Below, piece after piece: positions 1 through 19,847 of a DNA stretch of 64,000 nt. The stretch is from NCBI RefSeq assembly GCF_009914755.1, contig NC_060943.1. One strand, 5' to 3'. The translations under genes were made by a program, and so were the position numbers. This DNA comes from the human T2T-CHM13v2.0 reference genome, Homo sapiens. Under the pieces are notes generated by a model, which did not search any database, was not told where the DNA came from, and saw nothing but the letters and a program-made list of their open reading frames with translations. Each line of letters begins with the position of its first letter. Within the stretch, counting starts at the first letter, position 1.

Positions 1-165
<165 letters not shown>

Positions 166-602
166 TCAGGTCATAAAAAAGGAACCTCTAGACTTAAATA
201 TTATTTCCTAATATGATCTTTAATTGTGGTCACTTATAGATAGCATTGACCATAAGCTAACAGACTAGAATCTACTGTTTTTTTCTTTTTCTTTTCACTT
301 TTTAATATAGAAAAAAATCAGACATATATAAAAACAGAGAAAAAATATGAATAGATCATCATGTATTAATTACACCAATTCAGCAATTATCAGCAGTTTG
401 CCAATTTGGTGTTAAGAAAAATTATCAGCTGGGCGCCATGGCTCATGCCTGTAATCCCAACACTTCGGGAGGCCGAGGCAGGCGGATCACCTGAGGTCAG
501 GAGTTCAAAACCAGCCTGGCCGACATGGTGAAATCCAGTCTCTACTAAAAATACAAAAATTAGCCGGGCATGGTGGTGTGTGCCTGTAGTCCCAGCTACT
601 CA

Positions 603-740
<138 letters not shown>

Positions 741-745
741 CTAGA

Positions 746-1499
746 TGTATAGAGCACCTTTGACATACCTAACTCCATCTTAGAAAAAGACTCCATTTCA
801 TTTTTCATAGAACACTTTGCCAACAGGATGTTTTGCTTAATAAACAAAAAAAAAGAATAAAGACTGCATCCAACCAGTTAAGGACATGAACAAGCACATT
901 CTTCCATCATCAGTTCTCACCAGAGGACTCTGTGACTATAAAAGATTAGGGCTTCAGCAGCTTGAAACGGCCGTCTTAACTGACACTATCTTGTAGTTAC
1001 TCATGATAAGAACTTGGCATCTGCTGTGGAAGGCTGTGCCACATCAAAAACTCTTTCTTGCAAGACTGATGGACTGCCTAGTCCAGACTAGGACCTCTTT
1101 TGTCTTTGCCCATGGACTGGTTCCTTAACCCTTTCTCCTATCTCTTTTTCCTCTTGATATTAAATGTTACTTTGTTGTAGAATGTTTGACCAAGAATGTT
1201 TATATATTAAGTACACTATTGGCCAGGCGCAGTGGCTCACACCTGTAATCCCAGCACTTTGGGAGGTTGAGACAGGCGGATCATGAGGTCAGGAGTTCGA
1301 GACCAGCCTGGCCAACATAGTGAAACACCATCTCTACTAAAACTAGAAAAAATTAGCTGGGGATGGTGGTGCCTATACTCCCAGCTACTCGGGAGGCTAA
1401 GGCAGGAGAATCACTTGAATCCAGGAGGCAGAGGTTGTGGTGAGCCGATATCACGCCACTGCACTTCAGTTTGGGCAACAGAGTGAGACTCTGACCCCC

Positions 1500-1535
<36 letters not shown>

Positions 1536-1766
1536 CACTATTATATATGCTTTGCAGTATTGACTGACTTCTGGAGTATCTTGAACCTGTGTGCCTGCGG
1601 CTCTGCCTCTGGAGTGAAGGGGAAGTACTAAGGAGAATGCCTCCTTGGGAACTCCACATAGCTCATGGCTTTTGTTATTGAACTAGCATCAATAAAAGCC
1701 TGACATTGTGGCAAGATACAAGCATGTGTGCCCCTGGATATCTCTAACCTTGCACCACTCATGAAA
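746..1766 (+). mobile_element. Old solo LTR (LTR47-like/ERVL, tentative) interrupted by an Alu at 1221-1530
   Basis: TG start, repeated aactccatctt motif, AATAAA at 1691, flanking CTAGA/CTAGG near-TSD. The Alu has a perfect TSD AAGTACACTATT (1209-1220, 1531-1542). Confidence 0.55.
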
Positions 1767-1855
1767 CTAGGAAATAAGGAAAAAATATTATTTTGTTATC
1801 CCATATATCTTTGCAAAGTCATACTACAGCACAGTCTAACAAACTGTTCTAGGGA

Positions 1856-2077
1856 CTGGTTTTCCAACACTCAGCACCGTTTACATTTTGGGCCAGATAA
1901 TCCTTTGTTACAGAGGACTGTTCTCTACAACACAGAGTGGCTGGAAGCATTCTTGGCCTCTTCCCACTAGATGCCAGTAGTATCCTACCCCCATCATTGT
2001 GAGAACCAAAATTGTCTTCAGGCATTGCCAAATGTCCCCTGGGGCTTAAAACTGCCCCAGGTTGAGAATTCATTGCT
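1856..2077 (-). mobile_element. MER20 (hAT-Charlie MITE)
   Basis: Reverse complement resembles MER20 consensus (ggggacatttggcaatg...) with degenerate cagtggttctcaac-type terminal repeats. Confidence 0.75.
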
Positions 2078-2141
2078 CTGGTGTAATGAACCTTTATTTG
2101 ATTGACTGTTATTTATTAGGATGTAGGTGGTGTAAAAATAG

Positions 2142-2382
<241 letters not shown>

Positions 2383-2944
2383 TAGCCAGGATGGTCTCGA
2401 TCTCCTGACCTCGTGATCTGCCCGCCTCGGCCTCCCAAAGTGCTGGGATTACAGGCGTGAGCCACCGCGCCCAGCAGACAATTGATGCATTTTCATATAT
2501 TCATCTGGTATAGCTACAAATTGATTCTGTGTGGAAGAAATAACCTTAAAGGTATGGTTTTATTGCCCTGTAGGGATATTAAATAGTTTTATATCTAACT
2601 TTGCAATCTTATTCGAAGATTCTATTGTTTTTCACTGAAGATAGGTATATACCTGTTCACTTGGAAATCAATTTCCAATGCCCTTGCTAATAAGTGAAAT
2701 GAATCTTTGAATATCTGTAAAAGAGTTAAAAATTATAAGTTTTTGAAAATTATACTTTGATACTTGTTTCACCCATTGCCCCGGTGCTCTTCCTGCCTCC
2801 ACATACTCTGAGGACAGGATGGGCTGTGGCCTCTCCTCATCCCAGGCTACTTCCACGGTCAACCTTGATCCAGGAGATGGTCACATCCCACCCAGATCCA
2901 GAGCACCCTACACTCATGCCAAGATACAGCCCTATTGACACTCA

Positions 2945-3154
<210 letters not shown>

Positions 3155-3244
3155 CTAAAAAAAAAAAAAAAAAAAAAACCAAAAAGCCAAACTAAACCAG
3201 ACAAAACACCAAAAAATAAAAATAAAAAAAAAACAGCAACAAAC

Positions 3245-4218
3245 TGAAGGGGGCCTGCCCCTCCACACCTGTGGGTATTTCTTGCAAGGTGGAGACGAGA
3301 GACTGAGAAAAGAAATAAGACACAAAGTATAGAGGAAGAAAAGTGGGCCCAGGGGACCAGCGCTCAGCATACAGAGGACCCGCGCTGGCCCCAGTCTCTG
3401 AATTCCCTCAGTATTTATTGATCACTATGTTGACCATCTCGGAGAGGGGCATGTGGCAGGACTATAGGGTAATGGTGGGGAGAGGGTCAGCAGGAAAACG
3501 TGAGCAAAGGACTCTGTGTCATAAATAAGTTTAAGGAAAGGTGCTGTGCCTTGATGTGCACGTAGGCCAGATTTATGTTTAACTTTACACGAACATCTCA
3601 GTGCAGTAAAGAGTATTGCCACCAGCATGTCTCAGCAACCACAAGGCGGTTTTCTCCTATCTCGGTAAATAGAATGTATGATCAGGTTTTATGAGACATT
3701 CCATTCCCAGGGACGAGCAGGAGACAGATGCCTTCCTCTTATCTCAACTGCAAAGAGGGCTTCCTCTTTCACTAATCCTCCTCAGCACAGACCCTTTACG
3801 GGTGTCGGGCTGGGGGATGGTCAGGTCTTTCCCTTCCCAGGAGGCCATATCTCAGGCTATCACATGGGAAGAAATCTTGGACAATACCCAGGCTTTCTTG
3901 GGCAGAGGTCCCTGTGGCCTTCCTCAGTGTATTGTGTCCCTGGGTACTCGAGACTGGAGATTGGTGATGACTTTTACCAAGCATACTGCCTGCAAACACA
4001 TTTTTCACAAAGCACATCCTGCACAGCCCTAAATCCATTAAACCTTGAGTCAATACAGCACCTGTTTCTGCAAGCACAGGGTTGGGGCTAGGGTTACAGA
4101 TTAACAGCATCTCAAGGCAGAAGAATTTCTCTTAGTACAGATCAAAATGAAGTTTCTTATGTCTTCCTTTCTCTACATAAACACAATAACAGTCTGATCT
4201 ATTTTTCTTTCCCCCACA
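3245..4218 (-). mobile_element. HERV-K(HML-2) solo LTR, LTR5A-like
   Basis: Minus strand begins TGTGGGGGAAAG and ends GGCAGGCCCCCTTCA; 974 bp; perfect 6-bp TSD ACAAAC (3239-3244, 4219-4224); minus-strand AATAAA at 3414-3419. Confidence 0.9.
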
Positions 4219-6550
4219 ACAAACAACACTCAGGCCCAGGTAAGGTCCTTTCTGCTCCAGAGCAAGGAAGCGCTGTGCCTCCTTTTAGGCCAAATTTGGG
4301 GCCCTGTACCCTTTTAAATGATGACAGTGTCTAGGGCCACCACATTTAGTTCAAGGCTTGGACCTATAGGCATAAGCTCACTGGAACAGGTGAGAGCTGA
4401 TGGTCACTGCAGGTTGGGTTAGCCCAGAGCCTTGGAGCTAAGTCTGCCTAGAGGCTCCTTTCTCGAATTCCTCTGCCTAGAGGAATCACACTGTCATAGG
4501 CCATAAATGCTAATGATGACCTTGGCAGGGTCCTATCTTTCTGCAGACTATGATAAAGTTCTGTTACTTCTTTTCTCACTCCCTCTGTTCCCTGGCCCAC
4601 ATCATTACTCAATACTCTGAATAGTATGCTTTTTCTTTTAAAAATGAAGGTATAATTTACATATAATAACACAAATAAGTGTTCACTTTGATGAGTCTTT
4701 GACAATTACATAGGCCCATGAAACTACCACATAAAACAAGACATAGAACATTTTCCTCACCCCCTAAATTATCTTCGAAGTCATAGCCCCAGCCAGGCAC
4801 AGTGGCTTACGCCTGTAATCCCAGCACTTTGGGAGGCTGAGGCATGCGGATCGCTTGAGGTCAGGAGTTTGAGACCAGCCTGGCTAAGATGGTGAAACGC
4901 CATCTCTACTAAAAATACAAAAATTAGCCGGGTGTGATGGCGCATGCCTGTAATCCCAGCTACCTGGGAGGCTGAGGCACGAGAATCACTTGAACCTGGA
5001 AGGAGGTTGCAGTGGGCCGAGATGGAGATCTCACCACTGCACTCCAGCCTGGGAGACAGAGTAGAGACTCTGTCTCAGAAAAAAAAAAAAAAAAAAAAAA
5101 AATAGCCCCTGGAGTCAACTGCTTTCTGATTTATAACTCAATAGATCTGTTTTGCCTGTTCTTGAGTTTCTCATGACTGGAGTCCTACAGTGTGTACTCT
5201 TCTTTTACCTGTTTCCTCTTTCCATGTGTACTCCTTCCCCAATCAAGAGGTCAGCTCCTTGAGTAGCCTCTATTTTTACTCGAGTACTCAGTCTTCTTTT
5301 TCCCAATTCAGTTGCTGAGATATATTTAGGTTCTAATAAATTTTGGGTAAAATTTAATAATGATGCTAATGATCCTTTACTTCTGAATAACACAGAAACA
5401 CCCAGCTCTGAATCCTTGTTGCTTTATTTACTCACTGAATGATTACGGACAGGTCACCTCACCCCCGTGTTGCAGTTTCTTTTGAAGCGTGATGATAACA
5501 CTATCTTTACAATGTTTGTGGCAGTCTTTAATGTTATTCCAAAATATCGCCAGCTCTTCCCATCCCAGAATTATGGTAGGATTACATGTCTGCTATCACA
5601 CTCCTGGGTGGCCATGTGACGTCTCAAAGACTAGTGAATGGAAATGACATGTATAGTTTTTGAGGCAGAACGTTTAATTCCCAGCAAAAGACCCTCAAAG
5701 GCTGTCTTTCCCTCGGCCTTCATGAGTGACAATTTACCAGTTGTGGCTGCTTTATTGGTCTAATCCTAGAATAAGAACAGCCCTTGAAGTGAGCAGGCCA
5801 GTGATCAATCAGGCATTTAATAGGCACTTTATAAATACTCATTTTACTTCAATATTATTATTTTTGTTTTTTTAGAGACAGAGTCTCACCCAGGCTGGAG
5901 TGCAATGGCACAATCTTGGCCCACTGAAACCTCCACCTCCTGGGTTCAGTGATTCTCCTACCTCAGCCTCCCGAGCAGCTGGAATTATAGGCGTCCACCA
6001 TGCCGGCTAATTTTTGTATTTTTAGTAGAGACGGGGTTCCAACATGTTGGCCGGGTTGGTCTTGAACTCCTGACCTCAGGTGATCTGCCCACCTTGGCTT
6101 CTCAAAGTGCTGGAATTACATGTGTGAGCTACCATGCCCAGCCTAAATGGTGATTTTAAATTAATTACTATAATCACTTCAAAGTGTTGTCATATAAACC
6201 ACTTATATTAAATCAAATGAAGCAAGGACCCTTGACCTCTTTGTTAAATTTTAAAAATCTAGCAGAGCCATAGGCCTTTAATTTTTCCATCGCAAGGAAG
6301 AAGAGGAAACTGGTAATAATCTCCTCTGACAGAATAATCTCGCAACTTTAGGAACTTTATTTAAAGAATTCAGAAATGGGGTTGGGCGCGGTGGCTCACA
6401 CCTGTAGTCCCAGCACTTTGGGAGGTCGAGGCAGGCGGATCACCTGAGGTCGGGAGTTCGAGACCAGCCTGACCAACATGGAGAAACCCCGTCTCTACTA
6501 AAAATACAAAATTAGCCTGGCGTGGTGGTGCATGCCTGTAATCCCAGCTA

Positions 6551-7255
<705 letters not shown>

Positions 7256-7389
7256 CAGTTGCTAGGATGACCAGTTGGAATTAGGATTTTTTTAAAAAGC
7301 CATTTTCATAAGACAAGGCAATCTTTTCTAGAGATGTTCCAATACCTGTGATATGCGGAGCACTGCGCTAGGTGGTATTCAAGGCAGGC

Positions 7390-7805
7390 CTGTAGTGAAT
7401 GCTGTTGGACCCAGCCACCACCCCTGAGCAATCATATGCAGACCGCTGGCTTCTTAACTGCAGACACCTACAGACTCAGCCTAAGACTTTCCCACGAGGC
7501 AGGCTCGAAGTGCTGGAGCTTTAACACCTCTGGAGTGGCCCTAAAACAATTAGGAAGAGAGATGGTGTAGACATATGTAAGCTTCATCGGCCTGGTGGTT
7601 GTGAAAACTTGGAAGTGGTTTCTACACAATCCCCCAGAGGTCCCAAGCTGACTGAGCCCTCATTGATCCAGAGCTAATCTGCTCACCTATGCACTGTATA
7701 TTCGTTCCCATCGCTCCCGTCTCACTTCTCCATCCCCCACCTACCAAATAAACTGCTTGCACTCATTCTTTCCTCAGGTCGGCTTCTCGGGCAAGCCTCC
7801 TTAGG
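7390..7805 (+). mobile_element. LTR16-like ERVL LTR relic abutting the promoter
   Basis: tgtagtgaatgctgt start; aaataaactgcttgcactc near the end. Confidence 0.5.
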
Positions 7806-7844
7806 TAAAAACCTTGCTTTCAACATTTCCTTTCCATTATGCGC

Positions 7845-8720
7845 TAAGAACTCTGATCTCTTCCCGCTGCGGCAGCCCCGCCCTTTCCTTGCGGCTCCGC
7901 CCTTTCCGTGAAGTCACGCCCGTCCTTAGGCTGTCTCTGTCTCCCTAAGAGCGAGTCTCTTCGCTGCTCTCTAACTCCTAGAGCTGGCTCAGAAAGAGTT
8001 TCACATTGCCATAGGGGAGCTCCTAGGAGAGGCTGCACCCATTGCACGTAAGAAGCGGTAAAAATGTACGCGGCCATCTTACCAGGCTGCCGGAGACAAA
8101 GAAAGCTCAGCTTTGATGTCTGGGCGCCACCATGTTGGCCACAGGAGGTTTTGGCATCTGAGATGCTGAGTTAAGAGCAGAGACGACATCTCTGTTTAGG
8201 GATCCAGGGACACTTCCTTCTCCTTGTCCTAAAATAGCCTTATCTTTTGGTCTAGCAAAGGGCTTAATCATCCGTTTTACGGCACAGTTTTAAACATGGC
8301 CGCCCCAGGTAGGAGTCAAGTGGGCGTCGCCATCATACCTCCAATTACAGCTTTGAGAAACCCAGAATCCTGTTCACTGGAAGGTTGCCGGGTGGCGGCT
8401 GACAGCCTCAAAGTCGCAATTGAGTCTGCGCACCGGCCATTCAGGATGGGACGACCTTATACCGCGGTGAGGCGGCGTGGCAGGACGACCAATTTCAGAT
8501 TCAGGGCGCGGATGCAGCATAAATGGGAAGGCACGGTTTGAGAAACGGTCAAACCTGGGACTAGTGGAGGATAGTGAGCTGCCGACTACGGTGGCCGACT
8601 GGGTCAGCTATGGGTGCCCGTGAGGGTCAATGACAAGGGAACTGAAGGGTTAAGAGATTCGGCGTCTGAGCCTCGCGGGGCCTCAGTGGTGGCGGACAGA
8701 GGTTTGCGGGAGTCAGTGGC
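7845..8720. promoter_or_regulatory. CpG-island promoter of ZNF793, probably bidirectional (shared with an antisense lncRNA)
   Basis: CpG-dense non-repeat segment; GC boxes (ccccgccc, ctccgccc near 7876-7902); YY1-like motifs on both strands (8070-8080 minus AAGATGGCCGC; 8293-8304 plus AACATGGCCGCC). An antisense ZNF793-AS1 is recalled, not verifiable here. Confidence 0.8.
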
Positions 8721-10000
8721 ACGGTCTCTGAAGAAGATGGATTGGGAGTGTGTGGGAATCAATAAATGCGAGTTCTGTGAAATGTCTTGATTTTCAGGGT
8801 GCATGGGGTCAGTAATAGTGGTCTTCATGGGTCTGGGGTCAGTTGGGATTTTTCAGACACTGGTTTAGAGATCTTTAAGGTTAATGATCGGAGCCCGAGA
8901 GGATCAGTGATCGGAGGTTCTAAGTTCTGTGGGCAGTAATAGTTTGGGTACTGGAATTGGTGATTGTGGAAACTTTGGGGTTCAAATGAGGGAGGTCAGT
9001 GGTGATGAATGTTTGGAGAAATGTTTTGGGCCATCGGTGATTGAGACTTACTTCATATCATCGGTGGAGGATCGGAGAGTATTAACGATTGGACTTTTGT
9101 AGATCAGGGAATGGAGAATAGAGTCAAGTGTGCTTATCTTAAAGGTACGCCTCAATGAGGCTCAGTGATTCGGACTGTCACTTGTGGGTGGGAGTGGGAC
9201 TGTGAGAATCAACAATTGATCCTCAGTCGTTGGGATATCATTGGCAATCAGTGTGGATTCATGATTGGGGGCTGTGTAATTTCACTGGCAATCAGATCGG
9301 ATCGGTGTTCTTTGTAGTTACTGACCTGTAGTCTCTCCTGGTCAGATTTGAACATAGGGGAATATCAGTGACTATGAAAACCTCTGAGGGTTGGAGATTG
9401 GAGGCCAGTGATTGGGGGCACTATGCGTGTCTGATTAGGAGACTTATAGGGGTTGGTGTTGAGGGTCCTGAAATGTGGAGATTGGGGATGGGAAAATCAC
9501 AGATTTGAGGCTGCAAGCCTGCATAGCGGGAACACATTTCACTCAGGTGACACTCCCTAGCTGAATAGCAGCCAGTTCCTCTCCACCAAGGCCCATCTGA
9601 AAACTCTTTTTTGAACCCACACCCTTTTTATTGTTCTCTACAATAATGAAAATAATTTGAAAGGATCGCGTGCTAAACTTATCTAAAGTAACATGTTACT
9701 AAAGACGTGGCTTCTATTCTTGTTAGGGATCTAATGCATATTTTTTCCTAATGTTTCCTTTAAGGCTCTTTCTGGCAAAGGTAATGACATACGCATCTGT
9801 GCCAGCATCCCAAGAGTGAGGCTGGTTTCTGGAAATCCATTCTGACTCTGTGACAGCGGGGATGGATGTGACCTTGCCCGTGGTTAGAAAACAAATTTAC
9901 TGAGTAAGTATCTAAAATGATAATGTAGGCTGTGTGCAGTGGTTCATGCCTGTAATCCCAGCACTTTGGGAGGCTGAGGTGGGTGGATCATTTGAAGTCA

Positions 10001-10304
<304 letters not shown>

Positions 10305-10594
10305 CTAGGCTCAACTTAAATTATCAAAGGAAGAGAAACTAGATTTGGAATTTATTGTATTCTGAGAAACTTTTTGCCTTGTCCTATATATTTTAGGCAT
10401 AGCCATTTTTAACCTCCACTAATCAATTCCTTATAAAGTCCTGGCAGAAAAAATTCAAGACAGATAAAGCCACAACCGCCACAAAACAAAATGTAAGCTA
10501 CTTTTAGAAACTGTTCCTCACTGAAATTAAAATTGAACTAATAGTTATTAAAATGGCTGAGATGGGATTGCAAATAAAATGGAAATAAGATTTG

Positions 10595-10855
10595 AAAAAA
10601 TAGATTTAGGGGATATAAGTGCAGTTTTGTTACATGGGTATATTTCACAGTGGGGAAGCCTGGGCTTTTAGTGTAACTATCACTTGAATAATGTACATTG
10701 TACCAATCTGATAATTTCTCATCCCTTACCCGCTTCCTACCCTCCCTCCATTCAGAGTCATCTGTGTCTATTATTCTGCTTTCTATATCCATGTGTACAC
10801 ATTATTATCTTATAAGTGAGAACATGCAGTATTTGACTTTCTATTTCTGAGTTAG
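10595..10855 (-). mobile_element. L1 3'-end fragment
   Basis: gtgcagttttgttacatggg...ataagtgagaacatgcagtatttgactttc, antisense L1M 3'UTR. Confidence 0.8.
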
Positions 10856-11433
10856 AAAATAAGATTTTGACCATTAATGAAAAAGTGCAATGTCAAAACA
10901 ATATTTTAATTTTAAAAAATTATTACGTTTGATCTTTATGTAACCTTCAGACAAAGCACAATGCCTGTAGCATCTTAAGAAATAAAGGCAGCTGGATGCT
11001 AAGGCAGGTAACATCTTTCAGAACCCACATAGGTCAAATTTTAGTTTTAAAAGCAGATAGTCCCTGTTTTTCACTTGCACAGAATCAAAGACAGATAGCT
11101 GCTTAGCATGGGTGAAATAATAAGCCAGGGTAAGGAGTTTGGGTAATTTTTTCTCCATGTTGATTCCCTTCACCACCTATACTGTGCTCAGTGCCAGGTT
11201 TCAGAGCAAATAATTAAAAAGAAATTTTACATAAACTTTTTATTGTGATATATATGCAAAAATGTATATAAATATGTAGCTCAATGAATTGTCACAAGGG
11301 AATACCCCTGGGTAATGCACTCAGATCAGAAAACAACATTCTAGCACCGTGCCCTCATGATGCCCCTCCCAGTCACTACTCTGCCAGAGGTTCCCTAGCT
11401 TCTAATCTTAGTATTGTCTGTTTTTGATCTCTA

Positions 11434-12496
<1,063 letters not shown>

Positions 12497-15419
12497 AAAA
12501 AATTCTTTAAAAAAATTGAGGCATAATACACATGTAGTGAAGTGGGCTTATCTTTAAGGTGCAGCTCAATGAATTTTTATATTACAGAGTCCTGTAACCA
12601 CAGCCTAGATCAAGATATTCATCACTTCTAACACCTGGAAGGTGTCCTTACTGGTCAATACCTACTGCCACCCTAGGGGTAACTAGTGTTTAATATAGTG
12701 GATTACTTTTGCATGCTTTTGAATTTGAATTGAATTATATATCTCCCCTGTGAATCCACTTGATTGACTCATATTCACTGAATTTGATAGGATTCCATTT
12801 GAATCATATAAACGTGAAGCCAAGGCATTCATACCATGAGGTAATTTTGTTTGAAATTCTGAAACCACATGAATACCAGGACAAAATTCTAAGCTGAATG
12901 CCGGGCGTGGTGGCTCATGCCTGTAATCCCAGCACTTTGCAAGGATGAGGTGGGAGGATCAGGAGCTTGAGACCAGCCTGGCCAACACAGTGAAAACCCA
13001 TCTCTACTAAAAATACAAAAATCAGATGGGCATGGTGACAAGCACCTGTAATCCCAGCTGCTCAGGAGGCTGAGGCAGGAGAATCATTTGCACCTGAGAG
13101 GCAGAGGTTGCGGTGAGCTGAGATTGCACCACTGCACTCTAGCCTGAGCAACAGAACAAGACTCTGTCTCAAAAAAATAAAAAAGAAATTCTAATCTGAA
13201 GTTCTGGCTTGGCCATCTGAGATTGCCTCTTTTCTATTATTCTCCCTGGAAGCCAAAAACATACACAGTGAACTAGACCCTGAGGTTTTAAAGTGGGTTT
13301 CTAGTAGGGTCCCATTAATGAAGCTAACGGTTAAGGACTCTTCTCAGTAGGTAGTTTGGAGGGGGATTTTCAGTCCCTTGGTCAAAATCTCTTAGTCTTT
13401 AGGGACTGACCATTGACTACAGAGACCTGAATGAAGTAGCGTGAAAAAGAGCCTCTCTAGAGGCTGGCTGCTTGAGGGCCAAGACATAGTGGTGACTCAA
13501 CAAATGCAGGGTTATCTCGGAGGAGTCTGCCTTAGGGATTCTGGAAGCTGCTGGTAGATTCACTCCCAGGCAGAGATGCCTCTGTCCCTCACATACAACC
13601 TGACAATATGGGAAAGCAGCTAACCTCTTCTTTAATCTTTTCATCTTGCTCACCTTTCCACACACATAAGAGATTATTGTTTTGTTTTGGTTTTGATTTT
13701 AAATAATTTCAGATTTAGAAAAGTTATAAGAATAGGCCCGGTGTGGTGGCTCATGCCTGTAATCCCAGCACTTTGGGAGGCCGAGGTGGGTGGATCACGA
13801 GGTCAAGAGATTGAGACCATCCTGGCCAACATGATGAAACCCTGTCTCTACTAAAAATACAAAAATTAGCCAGGGGTGGTGGTGCGTGCCTGTAGTCCCA
13901 GCTACTCAGGAGGCTGAGGCAGGAGAATCACTTGAACCAGGGAGTCAGAGGTTGCAGTGAGCCGAGATCGCGCCACTACACTCCAGCCTGGCGACAGAGC
14001 AAGACTCCGTTTCAAAATAATAATAATACTAACAATAATAATAATAATACAGAAATTCCTGTTATACCCTTCACCCCATTCTGTAATTAAGATTTTGCTG
14101 TGTGTGTAGAGACTTTCTTTTTCTGTCTCTCTGTCTGTAAGTTGTGAACATGATGACCCTTTACTCCTAATGTGTATTTCCTAGGTAATATACATTTTGT
14201 ATGTGATCACAATAATTAACTAACCACAATATAATGATCGAAAGCAGGGAAGTTAACATTGAAATATTATTATCTGATGCATAGACTTTATTTAGATTTC
14301 TCCACTTGTTTCAATAATATCATTTATGTTCATTCCTTTTAATGGTCCAGGATTCTAATCCAGTGTTACATGTTGTATTTAGTTGTCATATCTCTTTAGA
14401 CTTCTTTAATTTGGAGTATGTTCTCGGTCATTTTTTTTTACCTCTTTTAACTTTGACATGTATGAGGAGTTCAGGCCAGTTATTTTTATAATTTGAATTT
14501 TTCTGATTTTTCCTCATGATTAGAGTCATGTTGTACATCTCGGACAGGAATACTACAGAAGTGATCATGTGTCCTTCTCAATGTACCATACCAGAAGGTA
14601 CACAGTGTTGGTTTGTCACATTAATGGTGATGTTAGCTTTGATCACTTGATCAAGGCTATGCCCACCAGGGTTCTCCACTATAAAGTTATATTATTACTA
14701 AGTATGTTGTAGAGAGATATTTTGAGATCATGTAATTAACCTCAAACTTTCATCCACTAGAGTTAGTATCCATTAATGATGCTTACGTGACTCAATTACT
14801 TCTAATTATGGTTACCAAATGGTGATTTTCCAATTGTGTCCTTCCTTCTGTATTTATTGTAGAAGCTTTCCCTTTTCTTCATCTGGAGGATATCAGTACA
14901 AAAGTCCTATTTGCATACAAAATAGGAGGTGCACATTAGACACTTACAAAACTGTTTAAAATGTTGAGTTAGACCATACGCCAAAACTCAGACCTTCTGA
15001 ATCACAAAGAAAACATCTTGGGAAATTGACTAGTTACAGAGAAACAGTTGTCACATCATGTGACAAAGTGATGTCTCCACACAGACAGGAAACATCTGGG
15101 TTCCACTCTGGGCCAGACAGATTTCTGCAGTGTTCTCAGAATGAGGTATTGGCAACTAAGAAGACAAAGAAAGAAACTTTCAGAAACGTGGTAAAACTGT
15201 CAAAACCACATGACATGATCTATATGTGCTGTAAAACCTAACTCTTAATTTTGTTTATTCTGTGACAGTGAATCATATTATGTATTTTTTAATGAAGATG
15301 GAAAAGATTAGATGAGCGAATATGGTATGGTGCCTTCAACTGAGTTATACCCAACTGTGATTGATTTTCTGTAGTTTTTATTTTCTGTCTTGATGAAACA
15401 TTCAGTCAAGGAAGTTAGA

Positions 15420-17500
<2,081 letters not shown>

Positions 17501-17640
17501 ATGTGCTAGACAAAGCTTTCAAACATACAGCTTCAGGAGATAGAGGCTACGACCTAAGAGGAAGAATAAGTTGAGGTAGAAGATACTGAGTTCACTTTTG
17601 TGAAACCACAATGGGTGGCAATGAGAGATCTATGAACTAG

Positions 17641-17922
<282 letters not shown>

Positions 17923-18173
17923 TGAGCCACTGTGCCCGGCCTATGATCTAGTTTTAAGATTGTGACTGAGAGCATCCAGATGATGGTATCTATATGGTAA
18001 AATATGGCTTTTGAGTTCAAATGTTAGGGACTGATAAGGGTGTGTAAGTCACAATCACGTCACAATGCTGACTGAGATGGTGCCCATCAGATGGCTGCCA
18101 TGCTGCTAGAAGAGTGCCGGACTGCAGGGCAATACTGCTTTCCAAGATTGACTCTTTTTTTTTTCTTTTTTAA

Positions 18174-18547
<374 letters not shown>

Positions 18548-18825
18548 TGAGGGAGGAAGGGAACTTTGTTTTTCACATTTCCTTACTTCATCAGGATAGG
18601 TGGCACTGATTTTATCTGCCACACTTGGCTCTGTGTGCAGATGGGCATCCCCAGTAGGAAAAAATCTGTTTTTAAATAAAAAAGGAAAATTACTAGACTA
18701 ATTTTACCTTGTTGAAGGAAATCGAAGCAAATATTCATCATAGTTCTACCATATGTATCCAATTACTGTTTCCTGCCTTCATATTTTAGTCTGTATCTAC
18801 AGCTGGAGGTGATTTTAGTAATCTA

Positions 18826-18999
<174 letters not shown>

Positions 19000-19507
19000 T
19001 TACATTGCTCTTTTAGAAGGCAAATCTGTCTCTGAGAGGCAGCAAGACTGAGAAGTTATAAACCCAAGCGCCACAGCCAGGCTAGTCGGGTCTGTATCTC
19101 ACTGCTGCTGTGTGCTAGTTCTTCAGCTCTCTCAGGCACTACGTCTTTATGTAGAAATGGAGTAGGACTCGGTTTAGAGGGCAGTGTGAGGAATAAATGA
19201 GTCCATATGAGGAAATAACCTTGCACAGTGCCTAAGTTGAGATCAGGGCTCAATAACTACAAGCTAGGTTTTTTTTTTCTATTTCTATCAGTTTCTATGA
19301 TGTGTCATAGTTTTATTTGTTCTTCCTGTGTGTGCTTGTTTTGATTTGTCATTATTGTACATTTTGTTATTGTTATTATTGCTGTTACCCAAATAAATGT
19401 ATAATTATGAGGCTATTGGAAAAGTTAGAAAATGAACACTTCGAAAATGAAACGTAAATTCCTTTCAATCCCTTCACTCAGAGAAAGCAATGTTAATATT
19501 TTCATAG

Positions 19508-19847
<340 letters not shown>

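Noticed and set aside
3678-4110. ORFs inside LTR5 (also 31641-32294)
   Set aside because: Chance frames in LTR sequence.
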